Notes: generated by a model not told the origin, from the letters alone. A stretch of DNA of 64,000 bases from Candidatus Acidiferrales bacterium (GCA_050012395.1 JBEKHG010000021.1:7834-71833), one strand, 5' to 3'; positions 29,115-40,173 are shown, numbered from the stretch's first letter. A program made the numbers and translations.

Positions 29115-32100
29115 TTAGAGCGAGACGGGAGGGCGCATACGATAGATTAAAGTTCCACTAGGCTTTTTGTCGGCCACGCCGGCGGCCAGCAGTTTAGCGA
29201 ACTCCGCGGGAGGAAGCGGTTTGCTGAAGTAGTAGCCTTGCGCTTCGTCACATTTGTGATTTTGCAGGAAAAGCATTTCCTGTTGAGTCTCCACGCCTTC
29301 GGCTACTACGCGAAGCTTCATGTTGCGAGCCATGTTGATAATTGCGGTGACAATCGACGATTCGTCCGGAGAAATGGTGATCTGACGGACGAAGGACTGG
29401 TCGATTTTCAAGGCGTCAATGGGAAACTTTCGCAGGTAGCTTAAGCTGGAATATCCGGTACCGAAATCGTCGATGGCTACCTGCACACCTCGGGCTTTCA
29501 GCGTTTTCAGCACGGATTCGATGGATTCGGCGTGCTTCATCAAAACTCTCTCGGTGAGTTCCAGTTCAAGACATCTGGGATTAAATCCCGTTTCCTCGAG
29601 AATGGCGAACACGCCCTCCAGGAAATGTTCGCTGCGAAATTCCATGGCGGAGACATTCACCGCCATGGTAGTGAGCGGCAACCCCGCTTCCACCCAGGCG
29701 CGCGCCTGTTTGCAAGCTTCGCGAAGAACCCAACTGCCGATGGGAACGATCAGTCCGCAATCTTCCGCTACAGGAATGAACTCGGCTGGAGAAATCAGGC
29801 CGCGAGTGGGGTGGGTCCAACGCAGCAAGGCCTCGCAACCGGTAATTTCGCCGATGGCCAGGTTGACCTTGGGCTGATAGAGCAATGTGAATTCCTTGCG
29901 CTCCAGGGCGCGACGCAACCCTTCTTCGATGGATTGTCGCGCGACGGCGCGCTCGTTCATGGCCGGCTCGAAAAATCGAAAGCCGTGATGGCCATTCTCT
30001 TTGGCTTGATACATGGCGAGGTCGGCGTTTTTGATCAAAGTTTCCGCATCCAGGCCATCCTGCGGATAGACGCTGATGCCGATGCTGGCGGTGACGTGGA
30101 GATCGTGCTCATCGATCCAATGAGGTTTACCAACGGCATCGAGGATTCTCCGCGCCGATATGGCCGGGTCTTCAACGTGTTCGATTTCGGAGAGTAAAAC
30201 GACGAATTCGTCTCCGCCTTGGCGGCTCACCGTGTCAGACGCGCGCACGCAGCCCAGCAGGCCTCTGGCTACCGCCTGAAGAAGTTTGTCTCCGATTGGA
30301 TGACCGAGCGAATCGTTGATGTGTTTGAAGCCGTCCAAATCCAGAAATAAAACGGCAATTTTTTTATTGTGGCGCGGTGCGAGTGCTATGGCCTGGCGGA
30401 CGCGGTCATTCAGCAGCATGCGATTAGGCAATCCGGTCAGAAAATCGTGCTGCGCGGTGCGCGCCATCTCCAGTGACATGGCGCGAGAAGCGCTCACATC
30501 GCGGAAAACGATTACGGCTCCGGTGGGCTTGCCGTCACGCCCGTGAATGGGAGCCACGGAATCTTCGATAGGAATTTCAAATCCGTCACGGCGTAGCAGG
30601 ATGCAGTCATCCGGCAAATGCACCGTTCTATTTTGTCCAACGGCTGCTTCCATCGGATTTGGGAGAAGCGCGCGAGTACCACCTTCGAGAATTTTAAAAA
30701 CTTCGGGCATCGGCCGCCCGGCCGCTTCCTGCTGCGACCAACCGGTCATTCGCACCGCGACAGAATTGAGGAAGGAAATGTTTCCTGACTTGTCAGTGCA
30801 AATCACGGCGTCGCCGATGGAGTTCAGCGTCACCTGAGCGCGCTCTTTCTCCGCGAACAACGCATCTGCGGCAAATTTGCGCTCGGTGATGTCGTGAATG
30901 ATGCTGAGAACTCGCGCCGGCGCGCCGTCTTTATCGCGCTGCAAAGCCCAGCGGCAGGAGACATTTAAGCGGGTGCCGTCGCGCGTGTAATGAACGGCTT
31001 CGCCTTCCCAGTGATTTTCGCGGAAGAGTTGCGCGTCGATTTCTGCGAGAGGTTGAGAGAACTCGGTTTTCAAGAGGTCAAGGCTGTTTCTACCCAGCGC
31101 AACCTGGGCGGGCCAGCCGTACATTATCTCGGCAGCACGATTCCAGAAGAGAATACGATTTTGCATGTCGCGCATTACGATGGGATCGCGGGCCAGATCC
31201 AGCAGCGCGGCCTGCTCGGCGAGAACCGCCGTCTGCCGCTCGAGCGTTTCCGTGCGGTTGGCAACGCGGATTTCCAGATCCGCATTGAGTCGGCGGACGG
31301 CAACTTCCCCTTTCTTGCGCAGTTCATATTCCCGATTCATGCGGCGCGCGCTTAACCAGACCAAGACCGCGAAGGTGACGATTGTCGCCGTGACATATAG
31401 CGAGAGGCCCAATTCCGTCCCATAAAAGCCCTCATACTGTCCTTGCAGTCGAATCCAGCCCAGAACCACTGGAATTAAGAAGACCGCGGGAAGGAATTGG
31501 CGAGCCATAACACTGCCCGACCCTTCGCCGGTCAGGTCACCGGAGATTCCATTGCGAGGCCGTGCGAAGAAAACGGCGATGCTCAGGAGAGAAAAAGCGA
31601 TAGAGGTGTGCAACGCCATCTGCGTGTAAAACAAAATTCGGGTCAGCGCCATCGCGTGATAGATGTAAGCGCTAAGGACCAGCATCGCGATCAGGCCGGA
31701 ACACAGACTGACGACCTGGGAGGGCCGACGCCCGCGCTTTGTTTTCCAATTCACCAACATCAGAGCCAATCCCGTTGTCAGTAAAACCGTCGCGGTCATG
31801 GGCGACATGCGTCCGGGCGATGACGCTCCGTGGGATCCTTTTAGGTCGGGGAAAATCAACTGATCAATGCCTAAATTCACATGGAATATGTACTCACTCA
31901 AGGTGAGCGAGCCGATCAACATCGGCACCAGTGGAAGCAGCCGCCCGAAGTGTCTCTTAAGCGGGGGAGACTTTTCGGGAAGCAGCAACCATAAAGCCGC
32001 GCCGGAAAACACGAGTCCCGTGGCGGTATTCACCTTCATCGAAGCGAAGCCGGGAAGGATCGTCTTTAACGCTTCAATATTAAACACCCAGCCGTAAAGA

Positions 32101-32189
32101 ACGGCACATCCCAGTACCATGGCGCCGATGGCCGTGACCTGGCAATAGAGGAGGAGATTTTTGAATAGGCGAGCGTTGGGTTCAGACAT
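29115..32189 (-). CDS. membrane sensor PAS-PAS-GGDEF-EAL protein (diguanylate cyclase/phosphodiesterase)
   Basis: 1024 aa. Contains a ~280-aa polytopic N-terminal domain, a coiled coil, two PAS-like regions, RQGGDEFVVL (GGDEF) and EALLRW ... DDFGTGYSS (EAL). Confidence 0.95.
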   Translation of the reverse strand: MSEPNARLFKNLLLYCQVTAIGAMVLGCAVLYGWVFNIEALKTILPGFASMKVNTATGLVFSGAALWLLLPEKSPPLKRHFGRLLPLVPMLIGSLTLSEYIFHVNLGIDQLIFPDLKGSHGASSPGRMSPMTATVLLTTGLALMLVNWKTKRGRRPSQVVSLCSGLIAMLVLSAYIYHAMALTRILFYTQMALHTSIAFSLLSIAVFFARPRNGISGDLTGEGSGSVMARQFLPAVFLIPVVLGWIRLQGQYEGFYGTELGLSLYVTATIVTFAVLVWLSARRMNREYELRKKGEVAVRRLNADLEIRVANRTETLERQTAVLAEQAALLDLARDPIVMRDMQNRILFWNRAAEIMYGWPAQVALGRNSLDLLKTEFSQPLAEIDAQLFRENHWEGEAVHYTRDGTRLNVSCRWALQRDKDGAPARVLSIIHDITERKFAADALFAEKERAQVTLNSIGDAVICTDKSGNISFLNSVAVRMTGWSQQEAAGRPMPEVFKILEGGTRALLPNPMEAAVGQNRTVHLPDDCILLRRDGFEIPIEDSVAPIHGRDGKPTGAVIVFRDVSASRAMSLEMARTAQHDFLTGLPNRMLLNDRVRQAIALAPRHNKKIAVLFLDLDGFKHINDSLGHPIGDKLLQAVARGLLGCVRASDTVSRQGGDEFVVLLSEIEHVEDPAISARRILDAVGKPHWIDEHDLHVTASIGISVYPQDGLDAETLIKNADLAMYQAKENGHHGFRFFEPAMNERAVARQSIEEGLRRALERKEFTLLYQPKVNLAIGEITGCEALLRWTHPTRGLISPAEFIPVAEDCGLIVPIGSWVLREACKQARAWVEAGLPLTTMAVNVSAMEFRSEHFLEGVFAILEETGFNPRCLELELTERVLMKHAESIESVLKTLKARGVQVAIDDFGTGYSSLSYLRKFPIDALKIDQSFVRQITISPDESSIVTAIINMARNMKLRVVAEGVETQQEMLFLQNHKCDEAQGYYFSKPLPPAEFAKLLAAGVADKKPSGTLIYRMRPPVSL

Positions 32190-32414
32190 GGGAGTTCAAG
32201 GCTTCAGACCGATAAAAACTGAAACCGTAAGTTATGAGTACTAAGTGTGGAAGGGAGCACAAGTATGACTCATTGGGCCGCATAAACAAGCAGGTCGCGA
32301 GTGGGTGGCGCTTAACAGCCATCAAAACTATGCGGCCGAGCGGCGATGGCTGACACAGTATCCGGGCTAGGTCGCGTTGACTTGCGCTGGCGCGCAACTT
32401 ACCATATGCGGCAC

Positions 32415-34862
32415 ATGGCGGACGCGTCTTCGCTGATCGGTCAGACCATCTCGCATTACCGCATCGTGGAAAAGCTGGGCGGCGGCGGGATGGGCGTGGT
32501 TTATAAAGCTGAGGACATCAAGCTGCGTCGTTTTGTAGCGCTGAAATTCCTGCCCGACGATTTGTCGAAGGACGAGTTCGCGCTAGAACGTTTTCAACGC
32601 GAAGCGCAGGCCGCGTCGGCGCTAAACCATCCCAACATTTGCACCATTTACGAAATTGACGAGTTCGACGGCCGCCGCTTTATCGCCATGGAATTTCTCG
32701 ACGGGCAGACGCTGAAGCACAAGATCGATGGCCGCCCGCTGGGCATTGAGAATCTCCTGGATTGGAGCACGCAAATCGCGGAAGGCCTGGACGCGGCGCA
32801 CTCCGCCGGAATCATTCATCGCGACATCAAGCCTGCCAATCTTTTCATCACCGCGCGCGGGCATGCAAAGATTTTGGATTTTGGATTGGCGAAGCTCGCG
32901 CCCGTGGGGCAGAAGGTGGCAGAGGGCGTTACGGTCACCGCGCAAACGGCGCCCGCTGATGCGTTGTTGACCAGCCCGGGCACGTCGCTCGGCACCGTGA
33001 CCTATATGTCGCCGGAGCAAGTCCGGGGAATCGATCTGGACAAGCGCACGGATCTTTTTTCCTTGGGCGCGGTGCTTTACGAAATGGGCACGGGCGCGAT
33101 GGCGTTTACCGGCGCGACCAGCGGAGTGATTTTCGACGGTATTCTGAATCGCGCTCCCATCGCGGCACTGCGTCTGAATCCGGCGCTGCCTTCGGGCTTC
33201 GAGCACGTAGTGAACAAGGCGCTGGAGAAGGATCGCAAGATGCGTTACCAATCGGCCGCAGACTTGGGCGCGGATTTGCGAAGGCTGCGGCGGGAGACAG
33301 ATTCGTCGCGCGTGGTGACAACGCGGGAAGTCGGCGAGGAAGACGAGCAACCTTCGAACGCATCGGCGTCGCAACCATCGACAGGATCGTCCGGAAGGAT
33401 CTCATCGCGGGCAACTTCGCCGGGTTCAGAGCGCGTGGCATCTCGAGTAGGTTCGGAGCCCACCGCTCCTATGGAAACAAAATCGAATCGTTGGGGAGTG
33501 TACGCGGGGGCAGCCGCGCTGGTGGTGCTGCTGGCCATCGGCGCGTTCTGGTATCAGAAGCGATCCACTCCGTCCGCTGCCGTAGTGGCTACGAAACCAT
33601 CGGTAGCCGTTCTGCCGCTGCAAAATCTGAGCACCGATCCCGACAGCGTTTATTTCAGCGACGGCATGACGGACGAAATCACGACCAAGCTTTCGAAGAT
33701 TCAGGGAATTGATGTTGCTCCGCGCGCCAGCGCCGCCGCGGTGAAAAGCGCGGACCAGAACGCCGGGGCCTTGGGGCGTCAACTCGGCGTGCGCTATTTG
33801 CTGGAAGGCACCGTGCGAAAATCCGGCGATCAGGTGCGCATTAACGTGCATTTGATTGATTCGACCACGGGATTTCAGGTCTGGGCCGACGATTTCACCG
33901 GGCAAATGAAGGATGTTTTCTCGCTGCAGGAGCAAACCGCGCTGAAAATTGCGCAAGCGTTGAATTTGAACCTGAGCCCGCAGGAAACCAAGGCCATTCA
34001 GCAGCGCTACACTCAAAATCCTCAGGCTTACGAAGCCTTTTTGTTGGGACGCGGGCTCCTCGAAGTGGAAACGGCGGAAAGGTTTGAAGCCGCGCGGAAA
34101 AACTTTGAAGATGCTCTGAAATTCGATCCCAACTACGCTCTCGCGCTAGCCGGACTTTCTCACGTGGAGAGCTTGTACTACCGCGACCTCGACAGCAATC
34201 CGGTGCACCTGCAGCGAGCGGAGGAATACGCGCAGCGGGCAGTCACTATCGATCCGAACCTCGCCGAGGCTCACGTCGCGCTGGGCCAGACCTACGGCCT
34301 GAAATATAACTATGCCGCCTCGGTCGCCGAACTTCGCGAAGCCACTCGGTTGGAGCCGGACAACTATCTCGCCTGGGACTTGCTGTCCTGGTCGCTCGGA
34401 TACGAGCAGCCTCCTGAGGCGGTGGAGGCGGAGAAAGCAGCGCGCGAAGCGATCCGCCTTCAGCCCACTTCGGCGGCGGCGCAGTATCACCTGGCGCGCG
34501 CGTTTATTTTTCAGAAGCGTTACCAGGAAGCGGAAGTGGCTATTCATCGCGCGGGAGAAATAGGAGACAAGACTTACGAAGTCATGGGTATGGCTCAGCT
34601 TTCTCTGGCTCAAGGCAGGTGGGATGACGCTGTCGGCTACATGTCAAAATTAGCGCATCAAAAGACGGCGTTGAATTATTACTGGCTGAGCGCGGCCTAC
34701 GCCGGTAAAGGAGACAAAAATAAAGCGCTCGAATCGTTACAAGAATCCCTCAAATTAGGTTACGGCGATTTTGTGTCATTGGAATCCAGCCCCTATTTTG
34801 CATCATTGCGCGACGACCCGCGCTACAAGCAGCTCATCCAGCAATACCGCAAGAAAGCCTAA
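32415..34862 (+). CDS. Ser/Thr protein kinase with TM helix, TolB-N-like periplasmic module and TPR repeats
   Basis: [27 protein letters not shown] and TVTYMSPEQ support the kinase. These are followed by the TM helix [19 protein letters not shown] and C-terminal TPRs. Alternative start at 32406. Confidence 0.95.
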   Translation: MADASSLIGQTISHYRIVEKLGGGGMGVVYKAEDIKLRRFVALKFLPDDLSKDEFALERFQREAQAASALNHPNICTIYEIDEFDGRRFIAMEFLDGQTLKHKIDGRPLGIENLLDWSTQIAEGLDAAHSAGIIHRDIKPANLFITARGHAKILDFGLAKLAPVGQKVAEGVTVTAQTAPADALLTSPGTSLGTVTYMSPEQVRGIDLDKRTDLFSLGAVLYEMGTGAMAFTGATSGVIFDGILNRAPIAALRLNPALPSGFEHVVNKALEKDRKMRYQSAADLGADLRRLRRETDSSRVVTTREVGEEDEQPSNASASQPSTGSSGRISSRATSPGSERVASRVGSEPTAPMETKSNRWGVYAGAAALVVLLAIGAFWYQKRSTPSAAVVATKPSVAVLPLQNLSTDPDSVYFSDGMTDEITTKLSKIQGIDVAPRASAAAVKSADQNAGALGRQLGVRYLLEGTVRKSGDQVRINVHLIDSTTGFQVWADDFTGQMKDVFSLQEQTALKIAQALNLNLSPQETKAIQQRYTQNPQAYEAFLLGRGLLEVETAERFEAARKNFEDALKFDPNYALALAGLSHVESLYYRDLDSNPVHLQRAEEYAQRAVTIDPNLAEAHVALGQTYGLKYNYAASVAELREATRLEPDNYLAWDLLSWSLGYEQPPEAVEAEKAAREAIRLQPTSAAAQYHLARAFIFQKRYQEAEVAIHRAGEIGDKTYEVMGMAQLSLAQGRWDDAVGYMSKLAHQKTALNYYWLSAAYAGKGDKNKALESLQESLKLGYGDFVSLESSPYFASLRDDPRYKQLIQQYRKKA

Positions 34863-35012
34863 CGTTGAGCGTTAGTTTTTGTCGCCCCAGCGGCCGTTAC
34901 ATTCCGAGGATCGAAAGATTGTGGAACTTTTGCGCTCCCCGGCGGAAATAGGGGTAGACGAAGGCTAGATATTTTCGTGTAGAATATTTTCCGTCGAGCA
35001 AGGGTTGGTTCC

Positions 35013-36857
35013 ATGGTTTGTGGTTTGCGGTGGAAATTATGGAAACCCTCGTTACTGGCTCTTCTGATTGCTGGTTTTACTGCTCCCCATCCCGCTAAGG
35101 CACAGGGTTTTGTGAACGCCATACCGGCGCGCGCACGGGTGTTCCCGGAGATCAGTTCCGGCGTCACCGCGATGAAGCGCGATACGGCACGGCATTACTA
35201 TGTATTGGCGAATCCTCCGAACGTCATATGGATATTCGATTCCGACGGCAAGCGCATGGGCCAGATTCCACACGCCGGGAGTGAAACCGCAAAAATTCAG
35301 TACGCCGCCGATTTCGACATCGATAGCGACGGCCGCGTTCTGGTAGCCGACCGCGCCGCAAACGCGGTCGAGATTTTCTCGGCTGACGGAATGCTCGTGG
35401 CAAAGATTCCAGTCTTTGCGCCGACCGGCATTGTCGGGCTCCCGGACCACCAGTTCGCCGTTTCCACGCTACGTTCGAAGCGGCTGGTGGAAATTCTCAG
35501 TGACGACGGCAGCCTGGTGCGCAGCTTCGGCGAGCTGTCGGAAGCGGGCGCGGAGCCGCAGTCGGCAAAACAACTTCAAAACCTGGGAAAAGTTTTCGGC
35601 GACAGCAGCGGAAACATATATTTTGCATTCATCGCGCTGCCGGATCCCACTGTCCGCAAATATGACCGCTATGGCTATGCCGCCAACGACGTTACTTTCG
35701 ATTTGAAACTTTACGGCACGGAATTGCCACCGGATCCCACCGATCGCGTGCAGTTTGGCGTGAATTACAGCCAGTCGAACTTTTCTGATTCCTACAACAC
35801 CTTCGCAGCCATCGGAAACAAAGGCGGCATATTTTTCGGCGGAGGAGTGTCGCCCGGCCTGGGCGCGCATAACGGTGAAGGCCCGCAGACGGCACAGACG
35901 GCCACCGCCAACATTCTTTCAACCGGAGGAGCGAATGGTTTTGGCGGCGGCGGACCCGGCGGCTCGGCGGGCGGAGGAATGTTGTCAGCGCAAGGAGCGA
36001 TCACGCCGGATTCCAAGCAATTTCATTTGGGAGGCAAGCGCGCGAACCAGAACTCCACGGGCGCGACTGACGAGAAATCCGTATCCAGCTCGATCGGCTC
36101 CTCCGATTTGCAATTCAGCGCGCAATCTTCCGGTTCGAGCGATTCTTCCGCGAGTAATGCTTCTGAGGCGAACAATTCTGACATCAGCCTCCCCGAACTT
36201 TTTTCCACGGCACCGGTGAGCGGACTGGGCGTGCAATCCGCAGCGGTCGCCGGACGCGGTATGGGCGGGATGGGAGGCATGGGCGGGTTTGGCGGTGGAA
36301 TGGCCGCCGGCCAAGGATTCTTTCCAGGCCTGGGAAGCTTTGGACAATTCGGAGACACTTCGCAGCGAGCTCAGGCAATTTATTCTCCGACGATTTCCAG
36401 CGCGCCAGGCTCGAGCGGAACCACGACCGGCCATTCATTCGAACGCGGAGCCGGAGAAGGGCATTTCGGCGGCCCTCACGGACGCTTCGGCGAGGGCATC
36501 TACAATTTGACGGGCACGGTGAAAGTGAATCTGGATCATTTCGTGGATACCTCAAAAGAAAATCCGAAAATTACCGCGCTGGGCGTCGATCCTGTTTCGC
36601 AAGACATGTGGGCGGGAATCGGCCGAACCCTCGCGCACTTTGACAAGAACGGGGATTATCTGGGCGACTATTTTATTGCCACCCCGGAAGGGGCGCTGGT
36701 GCGGGCAAGCGCGATCATCGTGGAACCAGACCGTTTGATCGTAGCCACGGACGCGCGCGGCATTTACGAATTCGCTCGGGCCAGCACGTCTAGTCGCCAG
36801 TCGTTGCCCGCAGCGATCATTAGCCAGCCCAAACAGCAGCCCGCCTCCAGCCACTAA
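35013..36857 (+). CDS. secreted NHL/beta-propeller-like protein with long Gly/Ser/Met-rich insert
   Basis: Signal peptide present. NHL-like blades (DIDSDGRVLVADRAANAVEIF) at the N-terminus and again at the C-terminus flank a low-complexity core (GMGGMGGMGGFGGG). Confidence 0.7.
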   Translation: MVCGLRWKLWKPSLLALLIAGFTAPHPAKAQGFVNAIPARARVFPEISSGVTAMKRDTARHYYVLANPPNVIWIFDSDGKRMGQIPHAGSETAKIQYAADFDIDSDGRVLVADRAANAVEIFSADGMLVAKIPVFAPTGIVGLPDHQFAVSTLRSKRLVEILSDDGSLVRSFGELSEAGAEPQSAKQLQNLGKVFGDSSGNIYFAFIALPDPTVRKYDRYGYAANDVTFDLKLYGTELPPDPTDRVQFGVNYSQSNFSDSYNTFAAIGNKGGIFFGGGVSPGLGAHNGEGPQTAQTATANILSTGGANGFGGGGPGGSAGGGMLSAQGAITPDSKQFHLGGKRANQNSTGATDEKSVSSSIGSSDLQFSAQSSGSSDSSASNASEANNSDISLPELFSTAPVSGLGVQSAAVAGRGMGGMGGMGGFGGGMAAGQGFFPGLGSFGQFGDTSQRAQAIYSPTISSAPGSSGTTTGHSFERGAGEGHFGGPHGRFGEGIYNLTGTVKVNLDHFVDTSKENPKITALGVDPVSQDMWAGIGRTLAHFDKNGDYLGDYFIATPEGALVRASAIIVEPDRLIVATDARGIYEFARASTSSRQSLPAAIISQPKQQPASSH

Positions 36858-36942
36858 ATGACAAATCGCGGGGAACGCCGCTGCATCACCAGCGCTCCCC
36901 GCGATTGATTGTTTTTTTCGCCGACGAAGCGTAGCGGTAAAG

Positions 36943-37407
36943 CTACCCGGCGCGTTTGGCGGTAAAGTCACGGCTGCCTTGTCCGCCCGCTATGGTCCCG
37001 CTCATGGAGTCGCCGCTGAGCGTGGCTTTGAATTGAGCCGTGTGGCTGTTGCCATCTCGGCCTTTGCGCTCTTCAGTCCATGAAATCGTGTTGCCCGAGA
37101 CGGTGGCATTCGATACCACGTCGCCGCGTGGAGTTTTGTGGTCCACTTTGAAATTGTCGCCATCCCTGGTGATTGTGATGGTTTGCGCTCCGCCTCCGCC
37201 ACCGCGATGACCGCCGCCTCCACCTTGCGCTTCGCCCTGGTCACCGCCCTGGCCGCCTCCGTGACCCTGGCCTCCGCCGCCGGTGACAGTCAAATTCCAC
37301 GTGCCCACAAAATTCGCTTCTTGAGGCGCAGCGTGAATAGCCGCCGCTGCGAAGATCAACAGGATTCCGAAAACGCAAAACGCCAATTCGATTCTCGACT
37401 TCCGCAT
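36943..37407 (-). CDS. small secreted protein with Gly-rich insert
   Basis: Signal peptide present. A GTWNLTV beta-rich domain is interrupted by GGGGQGHGGGQGGDQGEAQGGGGGHRGGGGG. Confidence 0.6.
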   Translation of the reverse strand: MRKSRIELAFCVFGILLIFAAAAIHAAPQEANFVGTWNLTVTGGGGQGHGGGQGGDQGEAQGGGGGHRGGGGGAQTITITRDGDNFKVDHKTPRGDVVSNATVSGNTISWTEERKGRDGNSHTAQFKATLSGDSMSGTIAGGQGSRDFTAKRAG

Positions 37408-37705
37408 CTCTGACTCTCCTTTGTATCAAACGTCGCTTCTTCGCCTTCGTCTAGCGCGTCGCGGGCGGCGAATGACCTTACAAAATTGCCGGGCTAATAT
37501 TAATTGCGTGGGAGCGCGCCGAAAGGTTCCATAAACTTGGAAGCGCTCCGGCGAGGGGACCTGTATCGATATTTGCCGATTGGAAGCCCAGGAAAACGCG
37601 GTCATTTTCGATACCTAGAAAGGCACATCTAAGGTCCCAGACGCTTGTAGGGCCTGTAAAGTATTGTTAAGTTTGGGTGTGACGTTCATCGCCCCCATCC
37701 CGGAA

Positions 37706-38074
37706 ATGCGTCCGCAGAACCGCCGGCGCAGCAAGCGCGTGCTGAAACGCGTTCCTGTCGTGGTCAGGCTGCGTGATGCGGGCAAGCAGTCGCTCGCGGA
37801 GCGCACGGAAGCCATCATCGTGAACGACCACGGCGCGCTAATTCTGCTAGCCGCTTCGGTGAAGGTGAATCAAATCATCCGCGTGGAAAATCCGCTCATT
37901 CGGGAGGAATTGCTGTGCCGCGTCACAAGCGTTGGCGACAGCTTCATGGGAAAAACGCAGGTGGGCATCGAGTTCATCGTGCCCACGCCTGGTTTTTGGC
38001 AAGCGCCGCCGAAGCCCAAGCACGCAGAATCCAAACCCGCCGAGAAGCTAGAAACCACCGGCGCAAAGAAGTGA
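37706..38074 (+). CDS. PilZ-like domain protein
   Basis: ATG 37706. The N-terminal RRRSKR fits the RxxxR motif. VNDHGALIL sits where (D/N)xSxxG is expected but is degenerate. Size and beta pattern fit PilZ. Confidence 0.5.
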   Translation: MRPQNRRRSKRVLKRVPVVVRLRDAGKQSLAERTEAIIVNDHGALILLAASVKVNQIIRVENPLIREELLCRVTSVGDSFMGKTQVGIEFIVPTPGFWQAPPKPKHAESKPAEKLETTGAKK

Positions 38075-38139
38075 CCAGCCTACCTGACGTCAAATAAATT
38101 TCTTGTGTTATTTATCAGCGCAGAGTAAATACACCCAGC

Positions 38140-38496
38140 ATGGCAACCGACGCTTCGATAGGTGCGCGCACACTAACGCTGGAAACGTACGCCTGGGAGG
38201 ACGCCACCGTCGTCGGCTGCACCGGCCGCCTCACCACGGAAACCGCGGTCCAGCTGAAAACGGAAGTGAAAGCGCTAATCCTGTGCAAGCGAAAAGTAAT
38301 TCTGGACTTGACCGACCTCGCGCACATGGATAGCTCCGGCCTGGGCGCGCTGGTGGCGCTTTATATTTCAGCGAAAGGCGCGAAGTGCCAGTTGCAATTG
38401 GTGAATTTGAGTCCACGCATCCGCGATCTCCTCAGTTTGACGAACGTCCTCTCCGTTTTCGAAGAGTGCGGCCGCTGCGGCACCCGTATGCCGTAA
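38140..38496 (+). CDS. STAS-domain anti-sigma-factor antagonist (SpoIIAA/RsbV-like)
   Basis: LDLTDLAHMDSSGLGALVAL carries the conserved phosphorylatable Ser context. 118 aa. Confidence 0.85.
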   Translation: MATDASIGARTLTLETYAWEDATVVGCTGRLTTETAVQLKTEVKALILCKRKVILDLTDLAHMDSSGLGALVALYISAKGAKCQLQLVNLSPRIRDLLSLTNVLSVFEECGRCGTRMP

Positions 38497-38765
38497 AATT
38501 CTGCTCGCCCGCCCCGACCCTCCCAAGGGCAGTGGGTCAGTTTCCGGTTATCCGTGCGGGTTCAAAGGGTCGGTGCAACACTTGCGCGCAGTTTACTCGC
38601 TGGAGTCTGAAAGCCGAGAGTTTATCGCGGGCGTTGATTTAGGCGCAGCGCGATGTTGTCCACCTTCGATCTCAGCGTTCGCCATTCGGAAAACAACTGT
38701 TTTCGGAGAACCCGACAGCAAGAATTGCGCAAACCGGCAAGCTAGAATGTGTAGAAATTCACTTT

Positions 38766-38803
38766 TCCGGTAATCCGGCTAATCAGGACTTAGCCGAGAC
38801 CGG
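38766..38803 (+). repeat. two-tier hairpin element, copy B
   Basis: Sequence TCCGGTAATCCGGCTAATCAGGACTTAGCCGAGACCGG. Outer stem CCGGT/ACCGG, inner stem CGGCTAA/TTAGCCG. CTCTTTTT follows. Confidence 0.75.
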
Positions 38804-38815
38804 CTCTTTTTCGCG

Positions 38816-39334
38816 CTAGTCGTTCGGAACCAAGTAGCCCTGGACGGTGCTAGCTCCGGTAGAGCTACTGGCAAGTGAGTCTGCAAGCGTCACTCCCGAG
38901 CCAACCCGGAAACCCGTTACGTAGTGCTCGTGCGCATAAGCCTCACCGATTTGGTTAGCTTGGGCGAGACTGCCGTTAAATAACCCTCCTTTGGGATTGG
39001 AAAGGACATCGCCGATAAGGCCTGTGTTCCCGGAAGGGGGGGCTTGCCATTCATAGTCAGTCACAATCAGCGTGAAGCCTTTGGGGACTACATAGGGGGT
39101 AGACTCTTCGATATTCCCTTCGGCGTCGATCTCAGAGCAGTAAGCTTTGCCCTCTAAACAATGCAATGAGACCAGTTGGCTCTCGTGCTGGCCTACGTGC
39201 GTGGTGTTGCCGGGGACAATCTGCACCAGCGTCGCCGCCACGGCGCGTGCCCTGTTGGGTGCGACGAACGCTACGATTACCGCAAGGACAACCATAGCTC
39301 CCAAAATTCCCAATGTCTCTTTCAATAGCCGCAT
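38816..39334 (-). CDS. novel membrane-anchored beta-rich protein, paralog a
   Basis: AAGGAGAA RBS before ATG 39334. TM helix followed by AVAATLVQIV, two Cys, VVPKGFTLIVTDYE, and a C-terminal GYLVPND. Paralogous to 39643-40173. Confidence 0.7.
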   Translation of the reverse strand: MRLLKETLGILGAMVVLAVIVAFVAPNRARAVAATLVQIVPGNTTHVGQHESQLVSLHCLEGKAYCSEIDAEGNIEESTPYVVPKGFTLIVTDYEWQAPPSGNTGLIGDVLSNPKGGLFNGSLAQANQIGEAYAHEHYVTGFRVGSGVTLADSLASSSTGASTVQGYLVPND

Positions 39335-39547
39335 GTGCTTTCTCCTTTTCGTCAGTGACTTCTTGTGGCTGCGTCGGTTCATGCATGAGCACTATCCCGA
39401 CGCTTGTATCGCTGCCCTATCTATGTAAACGGAAACGGCGGGCAAAAGACGACAGGCTGGCGAAAAAATTTATTGGGGCCAGATATGTCGGACCTAAGTC
39501 CTGATAAACGCAATAACCGGACAAGCAAAGTTCTAGTGCGTGACTTT

Positions 39548-39581
39548 TCCGGTTATCCGACTAATCGGGAGTTAAACCGGA
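39548..39581 (+). repeat. two-tier hairpin element, copy C
   Basis: Sequence TCCGGTTATCCGACTAATCGGGAGTTAAACCGGA. 7-bp outer stem TCCGGTT/AACCGGA, inner stem GACT/AGTT, loop AATCGGG. Lies 61 nt upstream of ATG 39643. Confidence 0.75.
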
Positions 39582-39642
39582 ATATTCGTTTGTCCTCGGA
39601 GGCGACAGTAGTAAGCTTCATCCGAAAGGGAGGACCATAATC

Positions 39643-40173
39643 ATGATGCGATTAGCGAAAAACCTATTGATGGCCGTAGGCGCCGTGGTGCTGGCAGCGA
39701 TACTGCTTAGCGTGATGGCTCCGAAAGCCGTGCATGCCGTTGCGGCAACGATGGTGCAAGTGGTCAACACCATCTCGAGCCCGGTGCCCTCCGAAGACAT
39801 TTACCGCCTGCCTGCCAGAAACATTCAATTGGTTTGCAACGCTTCTGTCAACAATTGCGCCATAGCGGAGCAGAATGGCACCTTCGACGCGTCCACTCCC
39901 TGGAAAGTGCCGAGCGGAATGGATTTCATCGTCACGGATATAGAGATCACTACCGACGGCACAGGGTCCACAATTCAGACCGCCTTCAACCTGGAATGGA
40001 CGCCCACCGGCGGAAAATTGACAGGGTTCGGCTGGCAGGTGCTCAACAACGGTGTGACCGCGGAGTATCAGTTCACCAACGGAATTGTAATTCTAACTGG
40101 ATCCACGCCAACTCCAGTTTTCGGAGCAAGCGTCAACTTCACAACCATTCGTGGCTATCTGACGCCAAACTGA
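39643..40173 (+). CDS. novel membrane-anchored beta-rich protein, paralog b
   Basis: AAGGGAGG RBS. TM helix followed by AVAATMVQVV, two Cys, KVPSGMDFIVTDIE, and a C-terminal GYLTPN. Confidence 0.7.
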   Translation: MMRLAKNLLMAVGAVVLAAILLSVMAPKAVHAVAATMVQVVNTISSPVPSEDIYRLPARNIQLVCNASVNNCAIAEQNGTFDASTPWKVPSGMDFIVTDIEITTDGTGSTIQTAFNLEWTPTGGKLTGFGWQVLNNGVTAEYQFTNGIVILTGSTPTPVFGASVNFTTIRGYLTPN

